Shown here in pieces: positions 9,637 to 21,847 of a stretch of DNA of 64,000 nt. The position numbers and the translations under genes were made by a program. How positions within the stretch are numbered: position 1 is the first letter of the stretch; every line of letters starts with the position of its first letter. The notes beneath the pieces are model-generated. The model searched no databases. It was not told the DNA's origin and saw nothing but the letters and a program-made list of their open reading frames with translations. This stretch comes from an uncultured Candidatus Rokubacteria bacterium. Its GTDB lineage: Bacteria > Methylomirabilota > Methylomirabilia > Rokubacteriales > CSP1-6. The stretch spans positions 96,001-160,000 of the forward strand of contig CAVXJS010000014.1 in the NCBI GenBank assembly GCA_963762145.1, written 5' to 3'.

Positions 9637-9699
9637 TCACTTCGCGCGCACCGTTCCCGTCGCACGATTCATTCCCCGTCACGCGAGGAGACGCACGAC

Positions 9700-9954
9700 A
9701 TGAAGACCATTCTGCTCACCATTGCCGCGCTCGGATTCGCCGTTTCGCCCGCCCTGGCTCACGAGTGCCCGCTGCTGCAGCAGCAGGTCCTCGCCGCCGC
9801 CGACTACCGGCTGGACGACGCGGCGTACAAGGCGAAGATGATGGCCGCCGAGGGCGACGCCCTCCACAAGGCGGGCAAGCACGACGAGTCCGTGGCCAAG
9901 TACGACGAGGCCGCGAAGACGATGGGCATCTCGCTCACCCACAAGCCGAAGTAA
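9700..9954 (+). CDS. Small secreted helical protein, predicted mature N-terminus HECP
   Basis: GAGGAG SD; signal peptide ending PALA; HKAGKHDES. Confidence 0.85.
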   Translation: MKTILLTIAALGFAVSPALAHECPLLQQQVLAAADYRLDDAAYKAKMMAAEGDALHKAGKHDESVAKYDEAAKTMGISLTHKPK

Positions 9955-9972
9955 AGCCACCGCCGCACGCGA

Positions 9973-10006
9973 CGCGCCCCGGGGAGCCGACCGGCCCCGG
10001 GGCGCG
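9973..10006. terminator. 12-bp GC hairpin between convergent genes
   Basis: cgcgccccgggg (9973-9984) / ccccggggcgcg (9995-10006); no clear U-tract. Confidence 0.5.
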
Positions 10007-10017
10007 CTCCGTCCGCC

Positions 10018-10575
10018 TCAGACGGTCTTGCGGGGCGGGAGCAGGTAGCCGATCAGCAGGACGTTCAGGTGGAGCAGCAGCAGCTTGTTCCACGCCACCG
10101 CCGCCGCGAGCGCGGCCGCCGGGTCGTCCAGCTCGTCGCGAAAGATGCCGGCGAGCGCGGTCTGGGTGAGGCTCATCGCGGCCACCATGAACTGCGGAGG
10201 GATCTTGCCGCCCGGCCCGTAGTCGCGGTGGCTGTGGGCGAGGCCGACCGAGAGCAGGTAGTAGACGAAATCGTGGGTCAGCGCGGCCTCGGCGGTCTCG
10301 CGCAGCCAGCGGGCGAGGCTGTGCTTGCGACGGTCGATCCGGCCGCGGTCCGGCGTCCCGTCCGGACCCAGGAAGAAGCGCGCGGTCGCGGGAAATCGGA
10401 GGAAGTGCTCGTAGAGCGCGGTGGTCAGCGCGGCCTCGTGCTTCAGGATCGCGGGCGCGCTCGCGCGGATGGCGGCCGTGTCCGCCTCGTCCAGACCGAC
10501 GAACTCGGCCAGCTCCCGGACGTACCGCTCGAGATCGGCTCCCGGGGGTACTCGCTCGTCTTCCTCGCCGCCCAT
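10018..10575 (-). CDS. Protoglobin / globin-sensor single-domain protein
   Basis: FVGLDEAD..AI, LYEHFL, YLLSVGLAH (proximal His), AWNKLL. Confidence 0.8.
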   Translation of the reverse strand: MGGEEDERVPPGADLERYVRELAEFVGLDEADTAAIRASAPAILKHEAALTTALYEHFLRFPATARFFLGPDGTPDRGRIDRRKHSLARWLRETAEAALTHDFVYYLLSVGLAHSHRDYGPGGKIPPQFMVAAMSLTQTALAGIFRDELDDPAAALAAAVAWNKLLLLHLNVLLIGYLLPPRKTV

Positions 10576-10610
10576 GAGGTCCCTCCCGTTTGCGTGCGAT
10601 AATACCGTGC

Positions 10611-11132
10611 ATGCGAAACCGCGTCGTGACGATGCTCCTGGCTGGGGTGCTGGCGGGCGCGCTCGCCGCGTGCGCGTCGTCCTCGTCCGGCCTGCCGTAC
10701 AAGCCCGAGGTGCAGCCGCCGGGTGCCACCGTGTCGGCCGCCTACACGATCGTGGGCGACCGGCTCCGCGTCGAGATCGAGGGGGGCGGGCGCCGCGTCG
10801 AGCGGGCGCAGATCGTGATGCCCAACGGGGCCTTGCTCGAGGCGCAGACGATCGAGTACACCCCGGCCGCGAGCAGCGGGGGGAGCCCGGTCAGCATCGG
10901 CTTCGGGATCGGCGGCTTCAGCAGCACCGGCGGCGGCGGCGGGGTGGGCACCGGGGTCGGCGTTTCGACGGGCGGGCTGGTGGGCGGCGGCGGGGCCAGC
11001 GAGGTCGGGAGCAGCATCGCCTCCTTCCCGCTCGCCCCGGCCGGGGCGAGCCCCTGGCGCGTGCGCGTCAAGCTCCAGGGCATCGATTCGGCCGATATCC
11101 TCGTCGGCGGGCCGCTTCCCGCGCCCCGCTGA
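10611..11132 (+). CDS. Lipoprotein with a Gly-rich segment
   Basis: Lipobox LAAC; SIGFGIGG...GVGTGVG. Confidence 0.8.
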   Translation: MRNRVVTMLLAGVLAGALAACASSSSGLPYKPEVQPPGATVSAAYTIVGDRLRVEIEGGGRRVERAQIVMPNGALLEAQTIEYTPAASSGGSPVSIGFGIGGFSSTGGGGGVGTGVGVSTGGLVGGGGASEVGSSIASFPLAPAGASPWRVRVKLQGIDSADILVGGPLPAPR

Positions 11133-11147
11133 GCGCCGGGCCGCCGG

Positions 11148-12099
11148 TCAGCGCCGGCGACGAGATCGCGGCGCCGCCGGGGCGGTGACCGCCGGCGCCC
11201 CGCCGGGCCGCCGCTCTTCCATCTCCTCGAGCGTGCGCGGCCAGTCCTGGTGGAGCAGCCGCGAGAGCGCGCGGTCGGCCAGGAGGCGCCCCGCGGTCTG
11301 ACACCGCGCGCAGTAGTTGGTCTCGTTCTCCGCGTGCACGATGCGCTGCACGGGAGCGCCGCAGTCGGGGCAGGGACGGCCGTACCGGCCGTGCACCGCC
11401 ATGTCGGGGCGGAACGCGGTCACACCCTCCGGGAACGTCGCCCCCCGCCTCCCGGCGCAGGCGCTCGATCCAGTCGGTCAGCGTGGCCTTCGCGGCCTCG
11501 AACAGGCGCGCGCTCTCCGCTTCCGTGAGCTGGCGCGTCATGCGCACCGGCGAGAGCCGGGCCCGGTGCAGGATCTCGTCGGAGTAGGCATTGCCGATGC
11601 CGCTCAGGATGCGCGGATCGGTCAGCGTCCGCTTGAGCGTGTGGGACTCGCGGGTGATTGCGTCGTGGAAGGCCGCCGCGTCGGCCGTCCAGAGCTCGAG
11701 ACCGCCGGGGTCGTGAGCGGCCAGCGCGGCCTCGCCGCGCACGAGGTGGATGGCGGCGCGACGCTTCGATCCCGCCTCGGTGAGGGTCACCGTGCCGGTC
11801 GAGAAGTCGAGCGCGGCCAGCCCGATCTTGCCGGGCAGCTTCGCGCCCGCGTCCTTCCAGTGCAGCCGGCCCGCGATCATCAGGTGGATGAGCACGAAGA
11901 GCTCGCCCTCCAGCGCGATCACGATCCGCTTGCCCAGGCGCCGGACGCCGGTCACCGTCCGGCCCACGACCTCGGGGGGTGGCGGCTCCACCGAGCGCAG
12001 CACGAAGGGGTTGGCAAGGCGGATGCGCTCGAGCCGCGCGCCGCCAATGCGCGTGGCGAGCGCTTCGATGTAGACCGTGACGTCGGGCAGCTCGGGCAT
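11148..12099 (-). CDS. mutM: Fpg/Nei-family DNA glycosylase, frameshifted near 11441-11446
   Basis: N-terminal [22 protein letters not shown]; the zinc finger CPDC...CARC lies in another frame after a C6 run. Confidence 0.85.
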
Positions 12100-12171
12100 G
12101 GCCGGATCGCGCCAGTGTAGAGACCGAGCGCGCGCCCGCGCAAGCGGGCCCCCTGTGGTACGGTGCGGAGC

Positions 12172-14267
<2,096 letters not shown>

Positions 14268-14271
<4 letters not shown>

Positions 14272-15319
14272 CGGGGACCCGTCCACGTCGGACGTAGCGG
14301 CCGCTCTTCTCGGCCACCTCCGCCGCGAGCTGCGCGCGGCCGATCTCGCCTACGCCGAGTCTCCGGTTCCGATCAGCGGTGGCTTCGACACCTCGATCTA
14401 CGCCTTCCGCCTGAGCGTCGGCCCCGCCGCCTGGACGGGGCCGCTCATCCTGCGCGTGCTCGGTCCGGGCCACGATCCGGTGCGCGCGCTCCGGGAGCGC
14501 GCCACCCAGAACGCGCTCGCCGGGCTCGGCTACCCGGTGCCGCGCGTGCTCATGGCCAGCGCCGACCGCGAACTCCTCGGCGCCGGGTTCCTCGTGATGG
14601 AGCGGGCCGCCGGGCGTCCGCTCCTGGCCACCCGCCGGCCCGGTATCGGGCGGATGCTGGCCGAGGCGCACGCGCGCCTGCATGGGCTCAACGCGGAGGC
14701 GCTGCTGCGCGCGCTGGACGACGAGGGCCGGGCGGCGGGCTGGCGCTTCGACCGCGACGCGGTCGGCTTCGAGAGCCACCTCGCCTCGCTCGACCGGCGT
14801 ATCCAGGCGGCCGGGCTCGCCGGGCTGGCGGACGGGATGCGCTGGCTCCGCACCCGCCAGCCCGTCGAGCGGTCCGCGCGCGTGATCTGCCACGGCGATT
14901 TCCATCCGCAGAACCTGCTCGCGGCGGACGGGCGGGTGAGCGCGGTGCTCGACTGGCCGAACACGCTGGTGGCCGCGCCGGAGTACGACGTGGCCGCGAC
15001 CCGCGTCATCCTGACCCAGACGCCGATCTCGCTGGTGCCGATGCCGGCCGCGCTCCGCCCGCTCGCGGCGGCGGGGCGCCGGCTCGTGGCCGCGCGCTAC
15101 CTGGCGGTCTATCGCCGGCTGCGCCCGCTCGATCGGACGCGCCTGCCCTACTTCGAGGCGGCGGGGTGCATGCGCGGGCTGGTACGCGCCGGCGAGGCGC
15201 GCGTGGCGGAGGCCGCGACGCCCAACCCGCTCGACGTCTCGTCGTTCGGCGAGCGCCTCGCCGCGCGCTTCGGGCGCGCCAGCGGGGTGCCGGTGTCGCT
15301 GCCGCCGCCCCGCGGCTGA
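14268..15319 (+). CDS. Aminoglycoside phosphotransferase-family protein (probable 1-nt indel just after the GTG at 14268)
   Basis: ISGGFDT, CHGDFHPQNLL, VLDW; AGGAGG SD and GTGA overlap, but that GTG is out of frame by one G. Confidence 0.8.
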
Positions 15320-15367
15320 CCGTGCTACCATTCCCGCGAAAATAGATCATCCGGCTCCGGAGGCCCC

Positions 15368-16774
15368 ATGAACGCGACCGATCTGGCCTACACGCCCGCA
15401 ACCGAGCTCATTCCCCAGATCCGGTCGAAGGCGCTGTCGCCGGTGGAGCTGACCCGGGCGGTGCTCGAGCGCATCGAGCAGGTGAACCCGACGATCAATG
15501 CGTTCTGCACGGTGACCGCGGACGCGGCGCTGGCCGCCGCGCGCGCCGCCGAGGACGCGGTGATGAAGGGCGGCCGGCTCGGCCCGCTCCACGGCATTCC
15601 GGTGTCCATCAAGGACCTGGCCCTGGTGGAAGGCGTGCCCGCGCGCTTCGGCTCGCACATCTTCGCCCAGCGCGTCGGCGAGGTGGACGCGCCGTACGTG
15701 CGCCGGCTCAAGGAGGCGGGCGCCATCCTCACCGGCAAGACCAGCACACCGGAGTTCGGGTGGAAGGCGCTCGGCGACAGCCCGCTCACCGGGATCACAC
15801 GCAATCCGTGGAACCTGGGCATGACCTCGGGCGGCTCGAGCGCGGGGGCGGGCGCGGCCACCGCGGCGGGGCTGGGGCCGCTGCACCAGGGCTCGGACGG
15901 CGCCGGCTCGGTGCGGGTGCCGTCGGCCTTCTGCGGAATCTACGGACTCAAGCCCACCTTCGGACGCGTGCCCATGTGGCCCGTGTCCAACACGGACAGC
16001 GCCTCCCACACCGGGCCGATGACGCGCACGGTGGCGGACGCCGCGCTGATGCTGGGCGTGATGGCCGGGCCCGACGACTGGGACCGCCAGTCGCTCGATG
16101 CGGCGCCGGACGACTACGTGGGCCGGCTGCGCGCGGGTGTGAAAGGCCTGCGCGTGGGATGGAGCCTCGATCTGGGGTGCCTGCAGGTGGATCCCGAGGT
16201 GGGGCAGGTGGCGAAGCGCGCCGCGCTCGCGTTCCAGGAGCTGGGCTGCGCGGTCGAGGACGTGAAGGTGAGCTGGCCGGACACGCGAGAGATGATCCAT
16301 CTCATGTGGAACGCGCACTATGCGGGCAACTACGGGCAGTACCTCGACGAGTTCCGCTCGCGCATGGACCCGGGGCTGGTCGCGGCCCTCGAGGACGGCC
16401 GCCGCTACAGCGCGGAGGCCTACGTGGCGATGCGCGGCCGCAAGCACGTCTACTGCGACGCGGTGCGCGCGACCTTCGATACCTACGATCTGCTGCTGAC
16501 CCCGACCGTCTCCGTCGCGGCCTTCGAGGTCGGGCGTCTCAATCCGGTGGGCTTCCCGCAGCACGCGTGGGACTGGTTCCCGTGGGCCGGGTTCAGCTAT
16601 CCGTTCAACTTCACCGGGCAGCCCGCCGCCACCGTCCCGGCCGGCTTCACCGCCTCGGGGATGCCGGTGGGATTGCAGATCGTCGGCCGGCGTCTGGCCG
16701 ACCTCCAGGTGCTGCAGGCCTCGGCCGCCTTCGAGCAGGCGCGGCCGTGGGCGCAGACGCGGCCCCGCGCCTGA
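15368..16774 (+). CDS. Amidase signature family protein
   Basis: GPLHGIPVSIKD, GGSSAG, GSDGAGSVRVPS. Confidence 0.93.
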   Translation: MNATDLAYTPATELIPQIRSKALSPVELTRAVLERIEQVNPTINAFCTVTADAALAAARAAEDAVMKGGRLGPLHGIPVSIKDLALVEGVPARFGSHIFAQRVGEVDAPYVRRLKEAGAILTGKTSTPEFGWKALGDSPLTGITRNPWNLGMTSGGSSAGAGAATAAGLGPLHQGSDGAGSVRVPSAFCGIYGLKPTFGRVPMWPVSNTDSASHTGPMTRTVADAALMLGVMAGPDDWDRQSLDAAPDDYVGRLRAGVKGLRVGWSLDLGCLQVDPEVGQVAKRAALAFQELGCAVEDVKVSWPDTREMIHLMWNAHYAGNYGQYLDEFRSRMDPGLVAALEDGRRYSAEAYVAMRGRKHVYCDAVRATFDTYDLLLTPTVSVAAFEVGRLNPVGFPQHAWDWFPWAGFSYPFNFTGQPAATVPAGFTASGMPVGLQIVGRRLADLQVLQASAAFEQARPWAQTRPRA

Positions 16775-16806
16775 GCCCGCGCCGCCGAGGAGGTTCCCGC
16801 CGCCCG

Positions 16807-17472
16807 ATGAGCGCGCGCCCGTACGACGTCATCACGTTCGACTGCTACGGCACGCTGATCGACTGGGAGGGCGGCATCGCGAGCGCGTTCACGCGCGCGG
16901 TGGTCGGGACCGGCAGCCGGCTCGACCCGACCACGGTGCTGGCCGCCTACGAGCGGATCGAGCCGGTGGTGGAGGCCGAGGCCTACCAGAGCTATCGCGA
17001 CGTGCTCACCGAGAGCGCGCGCCGGGTGGCCCGGGAGCTCGGCTGGGCGCTGCCCGAGGCGCGCGCGGGCTTCCTGGCCGAGAGCCTCCCGTTCTGGATC
17101 CCGTTCCCCGACACCAACGCGGCGCTCGAGCGTCTCTTCCGCGCGGGCTATCAGCTCGGCATCCTCTCCAACGTGGACGACGACCTGCTCGCGGAGACGC
17201 GCAAGCACTTCACGGTCCCGTTCGACCCGATCGTCACCGCCCAGCAGGTGGGCGCCTACAAACCGGCCGACGGGCACTTCACGACCGCGCGCGAGCGCAT
17301 CGGCGGGCGGCGCTGGCTGCACGCGGCCCGGAGCCATTTCCACGACGTCACCCCGTGCAAGCGGCTGGGCGTGCCGGTGGCCTGGATCAATCGCGCGGGC
17401 GAGTCCCGCGGGGAGCCCCGACCCGACCGCGAGCTCTCCACCCTCACCGAGCTGGCCGACTGGCTCACCTAG
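16807..17472 (+). CDS. HAD-family hydrolase (haloacid dehalogenase type II-like)
   Basis: TFDCYGTLIDWE, ILSNVD, YKP, HFHD. Confidence 0.9.
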   Translation: MSARPYDVITFDCYGTLIDWEGGIASAFTRAVVGTGSRLDPTTVLAAYERIEPVVEAEAYQSYRDVLTESARRVARELGWALPEARAGFLAESLPFWIPFPDTNAALERLFRAGYQLGILSNVDDDLLAETRKHFTVPFDPIVTAQQVGAYKPADGHFTTARERIGGRRWLHAARSHFHDVTPCKRLGVPVAWINRAGESRGEPRPDRELSTLTELADWLT

Positions 17473-17494
17473 CCTCGCCCGCGAGAGGATTCCC

Positions 17495-17953
17495 ATGGCA
17501 CTCGAGCAGACGCTGAACGAGACACTCACCCAGGCGATCAAGGCCAAGGACACGCGGACCGCGGACGTCGTGCGCATGCTCAAGACCAAGGTGCAGGAGC
17601 GCCGCACCGCCAAGGGCTTCACGGGCGACGTCGACGACGCCCTCGTCCTCGACGTGATCGGCGCCTACCGCAAGCTGCTGCAGAAGGCGGTGGCCGAGTA
17701 CGACAAGCTGGGCGACCGCGGCGCCGCGCAGGCCGCGCAGCTCCGCTTCGAGATCGACTTCTGCGAGCGCTACCTGCCGAAGACGATGGACGAGGCGGGG
17801 GTGCGCGCGCTGGTGCGAGAGCGCATCGCGGCCCTGGGGATCAGCGACCCCAAGCAGGCCGGGCGGCTGGTCGGCGACATCATGAAGACCCACAAGGGCC
17901 AGGTGGACGCGGGCGACGTCAAGCGCGCGGCGGAGGAGCTGCTGAAGGGGTAG
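17495..17953 (+). CDS. GatB/YqeY-domain protein
   Basis: AIKAKD..VRMLK, YLPK, G..VGDIMK. Confidence 0.88.
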   Translation: MALEQTLNETLTQAIKAKDTRTADVVRMLKTKVQERRTAKGFTGDVDDALVLDVIGAYRKLLQKAVAEYDKLGDRGAAQAAQLRFEIDFCERYLPKTMDEAGVRALVRERIAALGISDPKQAGRLVGDIMKTHKGQVDAGDVKRAAEELLKG

Positions 17954-17960
17954 CCGGGCT

Positions 17961-18434
17961 CTAGCGGAAGCGGGCCCGCGGCTCGTTGCGCAGGGCGTCC
18001 TCGATGCGCATCCGGTGGCGGGGCGGCATCGCGGGCAGGGCGTCGGGCGCGAAGTAGCGGATCTCGAGCGACTCGTCGTCGTTGACGCGCGGCTCGCCCG
18101 CGACCGGCCGGCACGCGAAGGTGACGCTCAGGATCGCCGCCTCGTCGCCGTTCGAGTAGCGCACCACGAACTCCGGCCCGCTGTAGACGCCCACGATACG
18201 CTCGGGCACGACCTCGAGCGCGGTCTCCTCGCGGATCTCCCGCACCAAGGTCTCCGCGGGCTCTTCCCCCGGCTCCATGATCCCGCCCGGCAGGCCCCAC
18301 TCGCCGTTGTCGCTGCGGCGCTGCAGCAGGACCTGGCCCGCCGGGTTGACGATGACCGCGGCGACCCCGGGCTGCAGGATGACGTCGTGGCCGATCTTGG
18401 CGCGGAGATCGCGCATGTACGGTGAGATGGCCAT
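17961..18434 (-). CDS. NUDIX hydrolase
   Basis: Nudix box GGIMEPGEEPAETLVREIREET. Confidence 0.92.
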   Translation of the reverse strand: MAISPYMRDLRAKIGHDVILQPGVAAVIVNPAGQVLLQRRSDNGEWGLPGGIMEPGEEPAETLVREIREETALEVVPERIVGVYSGPEFVVRYSNGDEAAILSVTFACRPVAGEPRVNDDESLEIRYFAPDALPAMPPRHRMRIEDALRNEPRARFR

Positions 18435-18462
18435 GGCGGGATCTCCGGACTGGGGCGCGCCG

Positions 18463-19686
18463 CTACTTGCGGCTGCCCGCGTAGCGCTTCTCGACGTAGT
18501 CGTCGAGGATCTTCAGGAAGTCGGCGACGATGGCGTCGCCCTTGAGCGTGAGCTTGAGCGCGCCGTCCACGAAGACGGGCGCCTTGGGCTCCTCGAAGGT
18601 GCCGGGCAGCGAGATGCCGATGTCGGCGTGCTTGGACTCGCCCGGCCCGTTGACCACGCAGCCCATCACCGCGACCTTCAGCTCCTCCACGCCGGTGAAG
18701 CGGTCCTTCCACACCGGCATCTGGTCGCGCAGGTAGGTCTGAATCTGCTCGGCCATCTCCTGGAAGAAGGTCGAGGTGGTGCGGCCGCAGCCGGGGCACG
18801 CGGTCACCAGGGGTAGGAAGCTCCGGATCCCGAGCGACTGGAGGATGAGCTGGGCGACCTGCACCTCCTCGGTGCGATCGCCGTTCGGTTTCGGGGTGAG
18901 CGAGACGCGGATCGTGTCGCCGATGCCTTCCTGCAGCAGGATCGCGAGCCCCGCGGTGCTCGCCACGATGCCCTTGGCGCCCATGCCCGCCTCGGTGAGG
19001 CCGAGATGGAGCGGGTAGTCCGAGCGGGGCGCGAGCTTGCGGTACACATCGACCAGGTCCTGCACGCCCGAGACCTTCGCCGAGAGGATGATGCGATCGT
19101 GGCCGAGGCCGGTCTGCTCGGCCAGCTCGGCGGACTGGATCGCGCTCTCCACCATCGCGTTCATGGTGACGTCGCGCGCGTCGAGCGGGTCCTTGCTCTT
19201 GGCGTTGGCGTCCATCATCTGGGTGAGCAGGTTCTGGTCGAGGCTTCCCCAGTTGACGCCGATGCGCACCGGCTTGCCGTTGTCGATCGCGACCCGGACG
19301 ATCGCGCTGAAGTTCTCGTCGTGGTGCTTGCCGCCCACGTTGCCCGGGTTGATGCGGTACTTGGCGAGCGCCCGGGCGCAGTCGGGATACTTGGTCAGCA
19401 GCACGTGGCCGTTGTAGTGGAAATCGCCGATGACCGGCACCGTGACCTGCTTGACGATCTCGGGGACCGCGCGCGCCGCCGCCTCGGTGTTCACGGTGAC
19501 GCGCACCAGCTCGCTGCCCGCGGCGTGGAGCGCGTTGACCTGGGCCACCGTCCCGGCCACGTCGGCGGTGTCGGTGTTGGTCATGGACTGGACGATGATC
19601 GGCCGGGGGCCGCCCACCTTGACCCCCCCCACGTCCACCGAGATCGTCTTGCGGCGCTGCGGCGCGCTCATATCGGGCCTCATCAT
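18463..19686 (-). CDS. ispG: HMBPP synthase (start may be 19671)
   Basis: [45 protein letters not shown]. Confidence 0.97.
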   Translation of the reverse strand: MMRPDMSAPQRRKTISVDVGGVKVGGPRPIIVQSMTNTDTADVAGTVAQVNALHAAGSELVRVTVNTEAAARAVPEIVKQVTVPVIGDFHYNGHVLLTKYPDCARALAKYRINPGNVGGKHHDENFSAIVRVAIDNGKPVRIGVNWGSLDQNLLTQMMDANAKSKDPLDARDVTMNAMVESAIQSAELAEQTGLGHDRIILSAKVSGVQDLVDVYRKLAPRSDYPLHLGLTEAGMGAKGIVASTAGLAILLQEGIGDTIRVSLTPKPNGDRTEEVQVAQLILQSLGIRSFLPLVTACPGCGRTTSTFFQEMAEQIQTYLRDQMPVWKDRFTGVEELKVAVMGCVVNGPGESKHADIGISLPGTFEEPKAPVFVDGALKLTLKGDAIVADFLKILDDYVEKRYAGSRK

Positions 19687-19709
19687 AGCACCTCACCCCC
19701 GGGAGTATC

Positions 19710-21059
19710 ATGACGGCCATGGCCGATCCCGACGCCGATCCCGACGCGAGCGTGCTCACGCGGCCGGCCGCCCTCTTCGACGCGCCGGGCCCCGTGCTCG
19801 AGCCCATCGCCCGGGAGCTCACCCGCCAGATGGCGAGAGGGCTGGTCGGCGAGCCCAGCTCGCTCAAAATGTTACAGACCTTTACGCGCCAGCCGTCCGG
19901 TCGGGAGCGGGGTCGGGTGGTCGTCGTGGACTGGGGTGGCACCAAGGCCCGGGCCGGCCTCATCGAGCTCGGCGCGGACGGCGCCGCCCGCGTCGTCGTG
20001 GAGGAGGTACTCACGTTCTCCGACTCCGACAAGCGGGGCGCGCCGGAGCCGGTGCTCGATCTGATCGCGCGGGCGGTCGGCCGCGTGGTCCGGGCCCAGG
20101 GCGTGGCAGTTGCGCCGCTCGGATTCATCTATTCCTATCCGGCCCGCCTCGAGCGCATCGATCGGGCGGTGGCGCTGGCGTCGACCAAGGGCTGGGCCCT
20201 GAAGGACCTCGAGGGGCAGGACGTGGCGGCGCTGCTCTCCGGCGCGCTCCGCCGCGAGGGGCTCGAGCGGATCCGGATCGCCGCGGTGGCCAATGACACG
20301 GTGGCCACGCTGATGCTGCAGAGCTATCGCGCGCGGGGTCGCTCCGCGGAGGCGCGTCCGGCGGACGTGGGGCTGATCCTGGGCACCGGCGCCAACCTGG
20401 CCGCGGACCTGGGGCCGGCGGGCATCCGGAATCTCGAGTCCGGGAACTTCGACGGGGTGGCCGGCGTCGAAACCCCGTACGATGCCGCGCTCGACCGCGA
20501 GCTCGCCGAGCCGAGCCCGGGTGAGCAGCGCTTCGAGAAGATGGTCTCCGGGCACTACCTGGGCGAGATCCTGCGGCGGACATTGCGAGACCTGGGGGCG
20601 CGCACGGCGCGCGCACACTGGGCGGCGCCGTCCGGGCTCGCCGCCCCGTTCGCGCTCGACAGCGAGGACCTCTCGCGCATCGCGGCGGATCGCACCCTCG
20701 GCCTCGACGGCGTGGACGCGCTGCTCCGCGCGCTCGGCGTGCCGAGTACGGTGGAGGAGCGGCGGGAGGTCCGCGCGCTCGGTGCGGCGATCGCCCGCCG
20801 CGCCGCGCGGCTGGTCGGGGCCGCGCTCGTCGGCACGCTGCGCTTCCTCGACGGGGAGCTCGCGGAGCGGCGCACCATCGCGGTGGACGGTAGCCTCTGG
20901 GGCGGCTACCCGGGCTTCGAGGCGCTCGTCCGCGAGGTCCTCGTCGAGCTGCTCGGCGAGGAGCGGGCGGGCCGGATCGAGACCGCGTACGTGAAGGATT
21001 CAACCAGCGCGGGCGCGGCGGTCATCGCGGCGGTGGCGGCCGCGCGAAGGAGCGAGTGA
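19710..21059 (+). CDS. Eukaryote-type hexokinase family protein (start may be 19719)
   Basis: DWGGT, PLGFIYSYP, TKGW, NDTVATL, LILGTGAN, FEKMVSGHYLGE, DGS. Confidence 0.85.
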   Translation: MTAMADPDADPDASVLTRPAALFDAPGPVLEPIARELTRQMARGLVGEPSSLKMLQTFTRQPSGRERGRVVVVDWGGTKARAGLIELGADGAARVVVEEVLTFSDSDKRGAPEPVLDLIARAVGRVVRAQGVAVAPLGFIYSYPARLERIDRAVALASTKGWALKDLEGQDVAALLSGALRREGLERIRIAAVANDTVATLMLQSYRARGRSAEARPADVGLILGTGANLAADLGPAGIRNLESGNFDGVAGVETPYDAALDRELAEPSPGEQRFEKMVSGHYLGEILRRTLRDLGARTARAHWAAPSGLAAPFALDSEDLSRIAADRTLGLDGVDALLRALGVPSTVEERREVRALGAAIARRAARLVGAALVGTLRFLDGELAERRTIAVDGSLWGGYPGFEALVREVLVELLGEERAGRIETAYVKDSTSAGAAVIAAVAAARRSE

Positions 21060-21736
21060 TGGCGGCGGTCGTGTTCCTGGTCGACGTGGACAACACGCTC
21101 CTCGACAACGACCGGGTCACCGCCGACCTCCGGCGGCATCTGGACGAGGCGGTGGGGACGGAGGGCCGCGTCCGCTACTGGGCGCTCTTCGAGGAGCTTC
21201 GCGCGGAGCTGGGCTACGCCGACTACCTCGGCGCCCTGCAGCGCTACCGGCGCGAGTTCCCCCACGATATGCGTCTGCTGACCGTGTCGGGCTTTCTCGT
21301 GGACTACCCGTTCTCGGAACGGCTCTATCCCGGCGCCCTCGACGTGCTCGCGCGCTTCCGGAAGTGGGGACCGACCGTGATCCTCTCCGACGGGGACGTG
21401 GTGTTCCAGCCGCGCAAGGTGGAGCGCTCCGGCCTGGGCCGGGCGGTGGACGGCGTGCTGATCTACGTGCACAAGGAGCGCGAGCTCGACGACGTGGCGC
21501 GCCGGCATCCCGCCGACCACTACGTGCTGGTCGACGACAAGCTCCGCGTGCTCAGCGCGGTGAAGGCCGCGTGGGGCGCCCGGGTGACCACCGTCTTCCC
21601 TCGGCAGGGCCACTACGCGCTCGATCCGAAGGCTCTCGCCGGCTATCCACCCGCCGATCTCACCGTCGAGCGCATCGGCGACCTCGCGGACCACGACCTG
21701 CCCGCGCTCCGGGCGCGCGCGGCGGCCGGGAGATGA
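21059..21736 (+). CDS. HAD-family hydrolase
   Basis: DVDNTLLDND, LSDGD, VDDK. Confidence 0.85.
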   Translation: MAAVVFLVDVDNTLLDNDRVTADLRRHLDEAVGTEGRVRYWALFEELRAELGYADYLGALQRYRREFPHDMRLLTVSGFLVDYPFSERLYPGALDVLARFRKWGPTVILSDGDVVFQPRKVERSGLGRAVDGVLIYVHKERELDDVARRHPADHYVLVDDKLRVLSAVKAAWGARVTTVFPRQGHYALDPKALAGYPPADLTVERIGDLADHDLPALRARAAAGR

Positions 21737-21847
21737 CCGCATGGTGCGGTCGGCCGTGCCGGCGCGGGGTGTGCTCACCCGGGAGGACCTGGTGATCGCG
21801 CAGCCCGGCCATGCGATCCTGTTCACGCGAGGGCGAGAGGAGACACC

